From positions 1,312,001 through 1,376,000 of the forward strand of contig OZ242351.1 of the NCBI GenBank assembly GCA_965208675.1: 64,000 nt of DNA. Reading direction: 5' to 3'. The notes beneath the pieces are model-generated. The model made no database searches, was not told where the DNA came from, and worked only from the letters and a program-made list of their open reading frames with translations. The translations under genes were made by a program, and so were the position numbers. This DNA comes from Candidatus Poribacteria bacterium (lineage in GTDB: Bacteria; Poribacteria; WGA-4E; PCPOR2b). Of the stretch, positions 35,967-45,314 are shown piece after piece (the first letter of the stretch is position 1; each line of letters opens with the position of its first letter).

Positions 35967-37661
35967 TTGAAAGTTATCCTACAATCGACTAAGCCACTGA
36001 AAACGCGGGAAATATTTCTCATTTGCGTTTTGCTGAATCTCGCCGTCTTCATGCAGAATCCCAATTCTGCAAATGCGCTTCCCGAATATGTCGAGATTAC
36101 CGAAGCCGCCGGTATCGATTTTGTTCACAATACAGGCGCATTTGGCAAAAAGTACCTGCCGGAAACTATGGGATCCGGTTGCGCATTCACTGACTACGAC
36201 AACGATGGTTGGGTTGACATTGTATTGGTAACCTGTAAAGATTGGGAAGGCCACCCTACCGGAAAGCGGCAGACTATGGCGCTTTATCGTAACAACCGCA
36301 ACGGGACGTTTTCGGATGCCACGGCGGGCGCCGGGCTTTCCGTGGAAATTTACGGGATCGGCGTCGCGGCTGCTGACTACGATAATGACGGCGATGACGA
36401 CCTCTATGTCAGTTGCCTTAAGGCGGATCGGTTGTTCCAAAATCAAGGCGATGCAACCTTTCTTGATGTGACGGAGCAAGCAGGCATTGACAACCCCGGC
36501 TTCGGAACGAGTTGCGCATGGTTCGACTATGACAAGGACGGCTATCTCGATTTATACGTAGCCAATTATGTGGAGTGGACCATTGAAACAGATATTTTCT
36601 GCACCCTAGACGGTACGAACAAGGCATATTGTACGCCCGAGTCATATCAAGGGCAATCGAGCCGCTTGTTTAGAAACCGGGGCGATGGCACCTTTGCTGA
36701 TGTGTCACGGATTTCCAGGATTGAAGATCCGACCAGCAAATCGCTAGGCGTCTGCATCTTCGATTACAATTCTGATGGATTGCCGGATATTTTTGAGGCT
36801 AACGATACACAGCCCAATAAGCTCTATCACAACAATGGCGACGGAACTTTTATCGAAACGGGACTAAACGTGGGCATCGCGTTTAGCGAGAATGGTGTTG
36901 CAACCGGTGCAATGGGCATTGATGCGGGCGATTATGACGGCAGCGGCAGGGAAAGTTTGGTAATTGGCAATTTTTCTAATGAGATGATGAATCTCTACAA
37001 TAACGAAGGAGAGATTTTTATTGATGATGCCCCCATTGCCAACATTGGACATGCCAGCTTGTTGACGCTGACATTTGCGTGTTTCTTCTTCGATTTTGAT
37101 CTTGATGGGTGGCTTGACATTTTTGCGGCGAACGGACACGTTGAAAATGAAATCAACGCCGTGCAGAGTGAGGTCACATACGCACAAGTGCCTCATCTGT
37201 TTCGTAACACTGGTAAAGGGACGTTCCGGGATGTCGCGCTGAAGGTCGGCGCTGACCTAGCGAAACCGATAGTCGGACGCGGCGGCGCGTACGGAGACAT
37301 TGACAATGACGGCGATTGGGATATCCTGGTCACCACGTCTAACGGTCCCGCCCATTTATACCGAAATGACGGCGGAAATCAGAACCACTGGATAAAACTG
37401 AAATTTATCGGCACCGAAAGCAACCGCAACGGTATCGGCGCTAAAGTTTCGATTACGTCGAAATCCGGGACGCAAACGCGAACGTTAAAGAGCGGCTGCA
37501 GTTATTGCTCACAGAGCGAACTGTCTCTAATCTTTGGAATTGGACAAACTCCCCTAGTTGACATGATTGAGGTGAATTGGCCCAGCGGGATTGTCGATCG
37601 ACTTGTCAACGTAAAACCGAATCAACTTATTGTTGTTGAAGAAGGGGAAACCAAAGATTGA
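35967..37661 (+). CDS. CRTAC1/ASPIC-UnbV family protein with FG-GAP repeats
   Basis: ETMGSG.AF.DYDNDG, repeated DxDxDG, NRNGIGA...SYCSQSE...FG.G...WPSG. Confidence 0.93.
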   Translation: MKVILQSTKPLKTREIFLICVLLNLAVFMQNPNSANALPEYVEITEAAGIDFVHNTGAFGKKYLPETMGSGCAFTDYDNDGWVDIVLVTCKDWEGHPTGKRQTMALYRNNRNGTFSDATAGAGLSVEIYGIGVAAADYDNDGDDDLYVSCLKADRLFQNQGDATFLDVTEQAGIDNPGFGTSCAWFDYDKDGYLDLYVANYVEWTIETDIFCTLDGTNKAYCTPESYQGQSSRLFRNRGDGTFADVSRISRIEDPTSKSLGVCIFDYNSDGLPDIFEANDTQPNKLYHNNGDGTFIETGLNVGIAFSENGVATGAMGIDAGDYDGSGRESLVIGNFSNEMMNLYNNEGEIFIDDAPIANIGHASLLTLTFACFFFDFDLDGWLDIFAANGHVENEINAVQSEVTYAQVPHLFRNTGKGTFRDVALKVGADLAKPIVGRGGAYGDIDNDGDWDILVTTSNGPAHLYRNDGGNQNHWIKLKFIGTESNRNGIGAKVSITSKSGTQTRTLKSGCSYCSQSELSLIFGIGQTPLVDMIEVNWPSGIVDRLVNVKPNQLIVVEEGETKD

Positions 37662-38005
37662 TATCAGGAAGCGTTTTCCGCCCATACACCACCTCGCGCG
37701 GCAAAATACCGCATGCGAACCGCTACTCACCTAGCATTAATCACCGCCCAACCTTGTGCAGGGATTTCTGCATCTATCCAATCCGATAATGAGAGCGACG
37801 CCGCGCAGACGTTTTCCGTAACGCGGCGTATACGAGCACACTGTGTCTCGAATTTGGCTCGTAATCTAGCGCACAGCCTTCGAACTTTCACGTTGGCGCT
37901 TTATTTTTGGAGCGAACAAGTTCCTAAACCTCACCTCACCTGCTGCGTCTAATTAGAGCAATTTGGAGCTAGGTAAGCCGCAAAATTACATAGGCAGGTT
38001 CCCTT

Positions 38006-39760
38006 ATGCAAAATGCACCAGCTAAATCATTGGCTCAAGCGATGCTTGATTCACACCTCATTTCCGACGACACGTATCGGCAGGTTTTTGAAGAGGTAGA
38101 GAATACAGGCGTTTCGATGGATGAATCGCTGAAAAAGCGCGTCGGTGAAGGCATGCTTGCACTTGCCAGAAAGAGCATTGAGTATGATGTCCCGTGCGTT
38201 TTGTTGGAGCGAGCTATTCCGGAGTCTGAGGCAACAGCCAAGGTTCCCGCAGGCTTTGCCTATAAAAACAAGATTTTCCCGATTCGCCTAGAGAACGAAA
38301 CGTTAACCGTGGCAATGGCTGACGCGCTTGATGTCGTCTTGATCGATGAAATTCGACTGGTTGCGGGGTGCGAGATAAATCCGCTCCTCGCGGACGAAGA
38401 AGACATCGAAGCCGCAATCATCCGCTTCTACGGCAAGACGGCAGCCCAAATTCTTAGTGAGAGTATTAAAGGGCCAGTCGGGGCGGTTGCCACACTTGAA
38501 CGGGAGACAATAGAAGATTTTGGAATTGATGAGAAGGACCTAATCCAAGATCCAACGGTGATACACGCAGTTGATCAGATGATTATTGACGCCGCACGCT
38601 TAGGTGCGAGCGACATTCACATCGAGCCGTTTCCGAGTGAACTAAAGATTCGTTTTCGAATTGACGGTGTTTTGGAGGAACAACCGCAGCCGCCGCCGCA
38701 TCTGCAATCCGCAATTACATCCCGCGTCAAGATTATGTCGGGAATGAATGTCGCAGAGCGGCGCCGTCCGCAAGACGGAAAGATAAGCAGGGAAATTCGA
38801 AGTGTAGGTAACCGCCAGATAGATCTCCGTGTTTCGACAGTGCCAACCGTCGCGACGCTCCATGGCGAAAGCGTCGTCCTCCGAATCCTAGACAAGCAAT
38901 CCATTTCCTACGGCTTAGAAGAACTAGGTTTAATGGAGGACAATCTAGAACAGTTTGACCGAATGATTCGCAAACCTCACGGCATCATCTTGGCGACGGG
39001 GCCGACGGGGAGCGGAAAAACAACAACACTATATGCCTGTCTAAAAGAGATAAATACACCGGATATCAAGATTATCACTATTGAAGAACCGGTCGAGTAT
39101 GAGTTGGAGGGAATTAACCAGATTCAGGTCAATCCAGATATTGGTGTCACATTTGCGGCCGGGTTGAGACACATTCTACGGCAGGATCCGGATAAGGTGC
39201 TCGTGGGTGAAATTCGAGACTATGAGACAGCAGAGATGGCAATTCACACGTCGTTGACCGGACACCTTGTGTTCAGTACACTGCATACGAACAATGCGCC
39301 GGGGGCAATTACACGGCTCATTGACATGAGTGTGGACGCCTATCTTGTGGCTTCAACATTGGAAGGAATAATCGCGCAGCGGCTCGCTCGGCGTGTCTGT
39401 CGAAATTGTTGTGACATGTACCAACCAGAATCGCATTACATCCGAGAGATTTTCGGCGGCCAGTCGTTAGCTGTCGATTCAAATTTGGTGATTCCGAGGG
39501 CTGTCGGCTGCAGTGAATGCCGAGGGCGGGGATATAAGGGGCGTATCGGCATTTTTGAGGTCATCTTGATGAGTGAGGAACTTAGAGAAATGACACTGCA
39601 TCGCGCCTCGACAAGCCAACTCAGACGCGCAGCAATGCGGTTAGGCATGAAAACGCTGCGTGAAGACGGATGGAGAAAGGTCGCCGCCGGCTACACGACT
39701 GTCGATGAAATTGTGCGCCTCACCCAAGAGGATGATTTTGACACCCGGGAAGTCGTATAG
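38006..39760 (+). CDS. gspE: Type II secretion ATPase GspE/PilB family
   Basis: ASDIHIEP, GPTGSGKTTT, LRQDPD..VGEIRD, STLHTN, tetracysteine CxxC...CxxC. Confidence 0.95.
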   Translation: MQNAPAKSLAQAMLDSHLISDDTYRQVFEEVENTGVSMDESLKKRVGEGMLALARKSIEYDVPCVLLERAIPESEATAKVPAGFAYKNKIFPIRLENETLTVAMADALDVVLIDEIRLVAGCEINPLLADEEDIEAAIIRFYGKTAAQILSESIKGPVGAVATLERETIEDFGIDEKDLIQDPTVIHAVDQMIIDAARLGASDIHIEPFPSELKIRFRIDGVLEEQPQPPPHLQSAITSRVKIMSGMNVAERRRPQDGKISREIRSVGNRQIDLRVSTVPTVATLHGESVVLRILDKQSISYGLEELGLMEDNLEQFDRMIRKPHGIILATGPTGSGKTTTLYACLKEINTPDIKIITIEEPVEYELEGINQIQVNPDIGVTFAAGLRHILRQDPDKVLVGEIRDYETAEMAIHTSLTGHLVFSTLHTNNAPGAITRLIDMSVDAYLVASTLEGIIAQRLARRVCRNCCDMYQPESHYIREIFGGQSLAVDSNLVIPRAVGCSECRGRGYKGRIGIFEVILMSEELREMTLHRASTSQLRRAAMRLGMKTLREDGWRKVAAGYTTVDEIVRLTQEDDFDTREVV

Positions 39761-39796
39761 TGCAATCCCTCGTTTCCCCTATAACGTGAGTTTTTA

Positions 39797-41023
39797 ATGC
39801 CAAGATTCCGCTACGAAGCGCTCACAAGCACAGGCAACACTGTAAGTAACACCCAAGAGGCGCACTCTAAAGCCGAACTTGTGTCTAACCTGAAAACAGA
39901 AGGGTATTGGGCAACAAGTATTGTTGAAGAATCTGCGTCGGAAATGCAGGAAAAGCGGTTTCAATTTTCGCTATTTCGTGGACGAATCAAAGCATCGGAA
40001 GTTGAATTCTTCACTTATCAGATGGCAACGCTCATCAATGCTCATGTGACTTTGCCGCGGGCATTGGGAATCACCCTCGAACAGATTTCGAATCCGAAAC
40101 TCAGAAGCGTTGTTGAGCAGGTCAAATACGATGTCGAACATGGCGCGATATTCAACGCTGCACTTGCACAACACCCTAATGTTTTTTCCGATCTCTATGT
40201 TAACATGGTGAGAGCAGGCGAGGCCGGAGGCGTGCTCGGCGTTGTACTCGAACGGCTATCTGAATTTGCTGAGCGGCAGCGCTTGCTGAGAAACGAAGTC
40301 ATTTCATCCTTATTTTATCCTGCGATTCTTTTGGTTTCTAGCATCATTGCTCTTGCTGTGTTAACCATTTTCGTCATTCCCAAACTCACTGTTATGTACG
40401 CAGACATGGGGGTTGACTTGCCTTATCTGACCCAGTTTCTGATTGCCGCCACTGATTTTGTTAGCGTGTACGGGTGGATTGTTTTGGTAGCGTGTGTTGC
40501 TGCGTTTTTTGGGATTAGGCAATTCGTGCGTACAGAAAACGGCCGCCTAATGTCCGATCGCCTGAAACTCAGGCTTCCTCTCGTCGGAAGTGTTTATAGT
40601 AATGTTGCACTTGTGCGTTTTACGCGCACAATGGCAACCCTCCTCGAAAATGGAGTCGTATTGCTGTCGGCGCTTCGAGTTGTGAAGGATTCAATTGGAA
40701 ATCAAGTTTACACCGGTGCGGTAACGGAATCCGAAAAAGGGATTGAACGGGGTTCCACCTTATCAAAAGAGTTGCAGGAATCCAATGTCTTCCCACGCCT
40801 CGTTACTCACATGATTACAGTTGGAGAAGAATCAGGCAATCTCGAACAGATGCTAGCAAAGCTATCAACATATTACAATTTGGAAATAAAGAAAGACTTG
40901 GAACGGTTGACGAGTTCAATTGGGCCTTTGGTGATCTTGGTTATGGGAGTAGTGATAGGGTTTCTCGCGGTCGCAATGATACTTCCGATTTATGGAGCCA
41001 CTGACTTGGTGGCTGGGCAATGA
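39797..41023 (+). CDS. gspF: Type II secretion platform protein GspF/PilC
   Basis: LYVNMVRAGE.GG.L, YP, VGEESG.L..ML duplicated domain; three TM helices. Confidence 0.93.
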   Translation: MPRFRYEALTSTGNTVSNTQEAHSKAELVSNLKTEGYWATSIVEESASEMQEKRFQFSLFRGRIKASEVEFFTYQMATLINAHVTLPRALGITLEQISNPKLRSVVEQVKYDVEHGAIFNAALAQHPNVFSDLYVNMVRAGEAGGVLGVVLERLSEFAERQRLLRNEVISSLFYPAILLVSSIIALAVLTIFVIPKLTVMYADMGVDLPYLTQFLIAATDFVSVYGWIVLVACVAAFFGIRQFVRTENGRLMSDRLKLRLPLVGSVYSNVALVRFTRTMATLLENGVVLLSALRVVKDSIGNQVYTGAVTESEKGIERGSTLSKELQESNVFPRLVTHMITVGEESGNLEQMLAKLSTYYNLEIKKDLERLTSSIGPLVILVMGVVIGFLAVAMILPIYGATDLVAGQ

Positions 41024-41050
41024 CAATCTAGAATTTGGGAGGGAAAACCG

Positions 41051-41497
41051 ATGTTGACACGATTGAAAGCACATGAAGCTGGTGTGACGCTCATCGAACT
41101 TTTGATCGTTATCGTAATTCTTGGGCTGTTGGCTGGGGTGATAGCCTTAAATGTGATGCCCCAAAGAGACAAAGCAAAGGTTGCTACAACCAAACAAAGT
41201 ATTGATGCGCTGGACATGGCGCTTCAGATTTATTCTATCGATGTTGGCGATTATCCGACGACTGAACAGGGGTTAGATGCGCTGCGAAATCCCCCCAATC
41301 CTCTGCCTGCGGATTGGAATGGGCCTTATGTGGGAAAAACAACATTCAAGGACGCATGGGGGAATGATTTCATATATCAATACCCTGGCATTCACGCGGG
41401 TTATAGTTATGACCTATATTCGCTAGGAAAGGACGGCAAAGCGGGAGGTGAAGACCATAACGCCGACATCACAAACTGGATTGAGGAAACGCAGTAG
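41051..41497 (+). CDS. gspG: Major pseudopilin GspG
   Basis: G|VTLIEL, YPTTEQGL.AL, WNGPY, DAWG..F.Y..PG, YDLYSLG.DG. Confidence 0.95.
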   Translation: MLTRLKAHEAGVTLIELLIVIVILGLLAGVIALNVMPQRDKAKVATTKQSIDALDMALQIYSIDVGDYPTTEQGLDALRNPPNPLPADWNGPYVGKTTFKDAWGNDFIYQYPGIHAGYSYDLYSLGKDGKAGGEDHNADITNWIEETQ

Positions 41498-42167
41498 CTG
41501 CCGTAATTTCGATTCAGCTTTTACGCTAATTGAAATTATGATAGTGCTGACGTTGATTGTAATTTTATCTTCGATTGCGATGCCTTCCCTACGCGGCTTC
41601 ACCGCGTCATCGCGTTTAAAATCATCAGCGCATGGGGTGCGAGACATGCTGCGTTTTGCACGCGATATGTCGATTACTGAACGGTCGCCATATCTTGTAG
41701 TGTTTGATTTTGAATTGAACAAATACTGGCTCGCTTCCAGCGAGACTTTCGAAATCACGGACGTGTCCGCGTCTTCGATTGCCAGTCCTTCAAGCACGGT
41801 TATATCGGTCATAAATCAGCAAAGACTGGAAAGCGAAAGTTCTGTAACGGGTCGCCCAATGGTTTCGCGCACAAGTAATATCCTCGGTCATCCGCAGTCT
41901 CTGGGCAAACATGTGACCTTATCTCACATGACAACTAACCATAATTTACAATCAAGGCAGGTAGACTCCGGTGTCGATTATATTTACTTCTCCCCAACGG
42001 GTTCTTCGGAAGAAACAACGCTGTACATTCAAAATCGACAGGGAAAACTGATGTCCATCACCGTCGAGGGCGCTACAGGTCGCACTCACACTGAAGGACT
42101 CAGTAGTCAGCAAGCTGGATCATTGGGACATGCTAATACCGGGGATTCCAATCTCAATAGTGATTAA
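41448..42167 (+). CDS. gspH: Minor pseudopilin GspH-like (start probably TTG 41481)
   Basis: A|FTLIEIMIV...AMP motif, F.PTG, TGR; position after gspG. Confidence 0.8.
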   Translation: MKTITPTSQTGLRKRSSCRNFDSAFTLIEIMIVLTLIVILSSIAMPSLRGFTASSRLKSSAHGVRDMLRFARDMSITERSPYLVVFDFELNKYWLASSETFEITDVSASSIASPSSTVISVINQQRLESESSVTGRPMVSRTSNILGHPQSLGKHVTLSHMTTNHNLQSRQVDSGVDYIYFSPTGSSEETTLYIQNRQGKLMSITVEGATGRTHTEGLSSQQAGSLGHANTGDSNLNSD

Positions 42168-42324
42168 AACCTTGGGTTTCTATTGATCACTGCGAGACAT
42201 TCCACGTATCGGGGGATCTTTTATATATACTTGGCTATCCAACAGATGATACTTGAATTCGTTAAGTTCGAGACCCTTCACGCACGAGCAAACTGCCTAA
42301 ATTGCCTGAAAGGAAATTGGGGTT

Positions 42325-42771
42325 TTGTACATGACTCCTCTGAAGGTTTCCGTTTCGTATCTCCATAAATCGGCGCGAAGCAACGGCGGATTTACATTGA
42401 TTGAAATTGTCGTGACTTTAGCAATTCTGTCCCTCGGATTGCCAGTGCTCCTCCAATCATTTTCTAACGCGGCAAACAATCAAAGGAATTCGCAAGATAT
42501 GACGACTGCAATTTTCCTCCTCAAAACCCGCATGGCGCAAATCGAACTTGAGGGATATCCGGATATTGGTCAAGAATCGGGAGACTTTGGTGAATACTCG
42601 CCGTACCGTTGGCGCTCGGAAGTTCACGACGTGGTATCGGATGAGTTCGAGGAAGGGCTTCGTGCTGTCAATGTAACAGTCATGTGGCTAGAGCAGGGAA
42701 AGGCGGAGTCAACATCAATGATGACATATTTCGCCAATCGGCAGATGCCGCAACCGGAAAATGGCAGGTAG
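42325..42771 (+). CDS. gspI: Minor pseudopilin GspI-like
   Basis: G|FTLIEIVV.LAIL, YRW, V.V.V.W; position in cluster. Confidence 0.82.
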   Translation: MYMTPLKVSVSYLHKSARSNGGFTLIEIVVTLAILSLGLPVLLQSFSNAANNQRNSQDMTTAIFLLKTRMAQIELEGYPDIGQESGDFGEYSPYRWRSEVHDVVSDEFEEGLRAVNVTVMWLEQGKAESTSMMTYFANRQMPQPENGR

Positions 42772-42802
42772 ATAAAGTTAAAGTGGAGGATGAAAGGGCG
42801 GT

Positions 42803-43708
42803 ATGGGGAAATTTGCCTCACTAGCCACGCCTGACGTTTCACACGAGGGCGGACTAACATTGATTGAACTGCTTATAGCGGTGAGTATTCTTGTCATCAT
42901 CAGCGGTTCTACCTACACCGCTTTCAATATGGCGATGAATGTATATCAGAAAACAGGATCGCGGATAGTAATGTCTCAGAAGTGTAGAATTGCGTTAGAC
43001 CGAATCGTCACAGATTTAAGCAATTTGCAGGCGGTGCAGGGAGATGATGCACTGGCGCTCATCTCGCAGGAAAATTCGAATGAAACCGGCGAGTGGGATC
43101 TGGTTAGCTTTGTAACACTCGCTCATACGGCTCCCGATCCGTTCCTTGCTGAATTGAACGCAGCGAGAGGATTGGTAGATGAAGGCGGCGAAATACAGGA
43201 AACGCTCGCCGGCGACGTGCAGCGCGTCAGCTACTATATTGGTAGAGATCCGATTCGGGAACAGGGCGGTTCGGCGTTACGCGGCGAAATGTTAGGCATA
43301 AATGGCCAAGCAGATGAGACGACGGCGCTTTTACGGGTGACAACAGCATCACTGAATCCTGAAACAGTGGTGCTGCCGCTCATTGAAACTGGATCAATCC
43401 CGCCCGAAGATGACGAGGGCAATCCTATAGAGGTGGACATTGTTCCAATTATCAATCAGATTGCCTCCCTCGACCTAAAGTATTTTGACGGAGAAACCTG
43501 GTACGATTCATGGGAGAGCGGAGAGATGATTCCAAAGGCAGTTGAAGTGACAATTACCGTTGCTAGCGAGAATAGCATTCAATCGAGAACACAAGCCGCA
43601 CGCCAAGGTGTTGCGCACGAGACCCAATCCACTATGGTGTATCTGTTAATGAGCGCGAATTTTAACGAGCAACCGCCCAGTAGCCCCAACGCCGCACCGG
43701 GCGGCTGA
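42803..43708 (+). CDS. gspJ: Minor pseudopilin GspJ-like
   Basis: G|LTLIELLIAV, V.YY, L.YFDG..W.DSW, PKAVEV.I. Confidence 0.85.
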   Translation: MGKFASLATPDVSHEGGLTLIELLIAVSILVIISGSTYTAFNMAMNVYQKTGSRIVMSQKCRIALDRIVTDLSNLQAVQGDDALALISQENSNETGEWDLVSFVTLAHTAPDPFLAELNAARGLVDEGGEIQETLAGDVQRVSYYIGRDPIREQGGSALRGEMLGINGQADETTALLRVTTASLNPETVVLPLIETGSIPPEDDEGNPIEVDIVPIINQIASLDLKYFDGETWYDSWESGEMIPKAVEVTITVASENSIQSRTQAARQGVAHETQSTMVYLLMSANFNEQPPSSPNAAPGG

Positions 43709-43716
43709 ATGGGTGA

Positions 43717-45276
43717 ATGAATAATTTTAGGAAACCACATCTATACTTTTCAGGTGACAAATTAGGTGTCCCGCATTGCCGCTCCTGCCCGGTATGCAAC
43801 TGCGAATTAGGCTTGTCGCTGATCGCCACGCTGTGGATATTGACAATCCTCTCTGTGCTAGCAACCCAGTTTCTCTATTCAATCCGCCTCGAACAACGAG
43901 CGCAGGCTAATTTTGTTGAACGAACGAAGTTCTACTATACGGCGAAAGCAGGTTTTGAGAAGTCAATCGCAATTCTGCGCGGGGATACAACGTCCTACGA
44001 TGCGCTCGGCGAAAACTGGGCACAGGACATGGAAGAGCAGATTGAAGAGGCAAGCAGGGTTGGGAACGCGCTAACCTATCGAGTGTCTATCACGGACGAA
44101 GAATCAAAAGTCAATTTGAATTCGGCGGATGTAAACGTAATACGAGGGTTGCTTGGTACTGTAGGCCATGACGTGGCGGAATCGGCAGAACAATCGCCGC
44201 TTGCAGACGCAATCGTAGAGGGGCGCCCCTATCGGACAGTATTGGACGTGGCGCGAATTGAAGGCATGACACAGGAATTACTCTACGGCCGGCGACGCCT
44301 CACCCAAGGATTCTCCGCCGTAAATCGGAATCAAGACGCAGCGGAAGGATCCAACACGAAAGGTCTAATTGATTACGCGACAATTTATTCTATTGACAAA
44401 AACACCGACGCTAACGGGCAACCGAGGGTAAACGTCAACAGTGCAGACGCTCAACAGATATCACAGATCCAGGGCTCGAATAATCAGCCGGTGTTTTCAC
44501 AAGGCGAAGCGGAGTCACTAATCCACCAGCGATCGCTCAAGGGTATAGGCGATCTGATAGACGCTCAAGCTGTTTCAAATCAAATTTTTGACAATATTCG
44601 CGCTCGAATCACCGTAGAAGACAGCGATGGGGAAAACAACCAGGAAAACGCTGAGAACGACAATGAGAATAGCGATAAGGAAAGCGGTGAGAACAACCAA
44701 GAACAGGTCAACATTAACACCGGCGATGCAGGCAATTTAGCATCACTTGACGGCATCGATCAAGGAATTGCCGAACGGATCATAGAACATCGCGAAAACG
44801 AGGGCGCGTTTGAAAATGTGGATGAACTCAAGGAAGTTAAATTAATTACGTCAGATGAGTTCAAGAGCATTGTCGATCGAATCACCACCGTTGACGATGC
44901 GACGCGTAGCGGACTAATTAACGTCAATACCGCGTCCAACGAGATTTTACAGTTGTTGCCGGGGATGGATTCAAATAAAGCCCAAGCAATTGTTAACCGC
45001 CGTGAGGCAGCCCCGGCAAGCGGACAACAGAATCAGGCATTAGTGCAAAATGCAATTACCGGAAACCCATTTACAAACACCGCTCAACTGCTTGATGTAG
45101 AAGGAATTGATCTAAACACGTTCCGGCAGATTGTAGATCTCATTACCTACCGGTCGCACGGCTTTCTCATCGAATCTTCCGGTGTCGATTCACGAGGAAA
45201 ATCGCTTGCGTCCTGTGTCGGCGCGATTGATCGGACTGGACCTCAGGTTGTCGTCAAGTATTGGAAGCAGGATTGA
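43717..45276 (+). CDS. gspK: Minor pseudopilin GspK-like with four HhH/ComEA-like repeats
   Basis: G|LSLIATLW (no Glu5), D.L.E.W, DEESKVNLN, four (V/I)N(L/V/I)N(S/T) repeats, YRS..F.I. Confidence 0.85.
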   Translation: MNNFRKPHLYFSGDKLGVPHCRSCPVCNCELGLSLIATLWILTILSVLATQFLYSIRLEQRAQANFVERTKFYYTAKAGFEKSIAILRGDTTSYDALGENWAQDMEEQIEEASRVGNALTYRVSITDEESKVNLNSADVNVIRGLLGTVGHDVAESAEQSPLADAIVEGRPYRTVLDVARIEGMTQELLYGRRRLTQGFSAVNRNQDAAEGSNTKGLIDYATIYSIDKNTDANGQPRVNVNSADAQQISQIQGSNNQPVFSQGEAESLIHQRSLKGIGDLIDAQAVSNQIFDNIRARITVEDSDGENNQENAENDNENSDKESGENNQEQVNINTGDAGNLASLDGIDQGIAERIIEHRENEGAFENVDELKEVKLITSDEFKSIVDRITTVDDATRSGLINVNTASNEILQLLPGMDSNKAQAIVNRREAAPASGQQNQALVQNAITGNPFTNTAQLLDVEGIDLNTFRQIVDLITYRSHGFLIESSGVDSRGKSLASCVGAIDRTGPQVVVKYWKQD

Positions 45277-45314
45277 CGTATAAATTTGGTAACCATCGGA
45301 CTTAAGGCATAAAT

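Noticed and set aside
17235-37661. DxDxDG/NNGDGTF repeats in the two ASPIC/UnbV genes as a DNA repeat system
   Set aside because: These are ordinary FG-GAP protein repeats.
38006-38110. c-di-GMP-binding MshEN motif in GspE
   Set aside because: The sequence SLAQAMLDSHLI lacks the RLG and G residues of the RLGxxLxxxGxI consensus.
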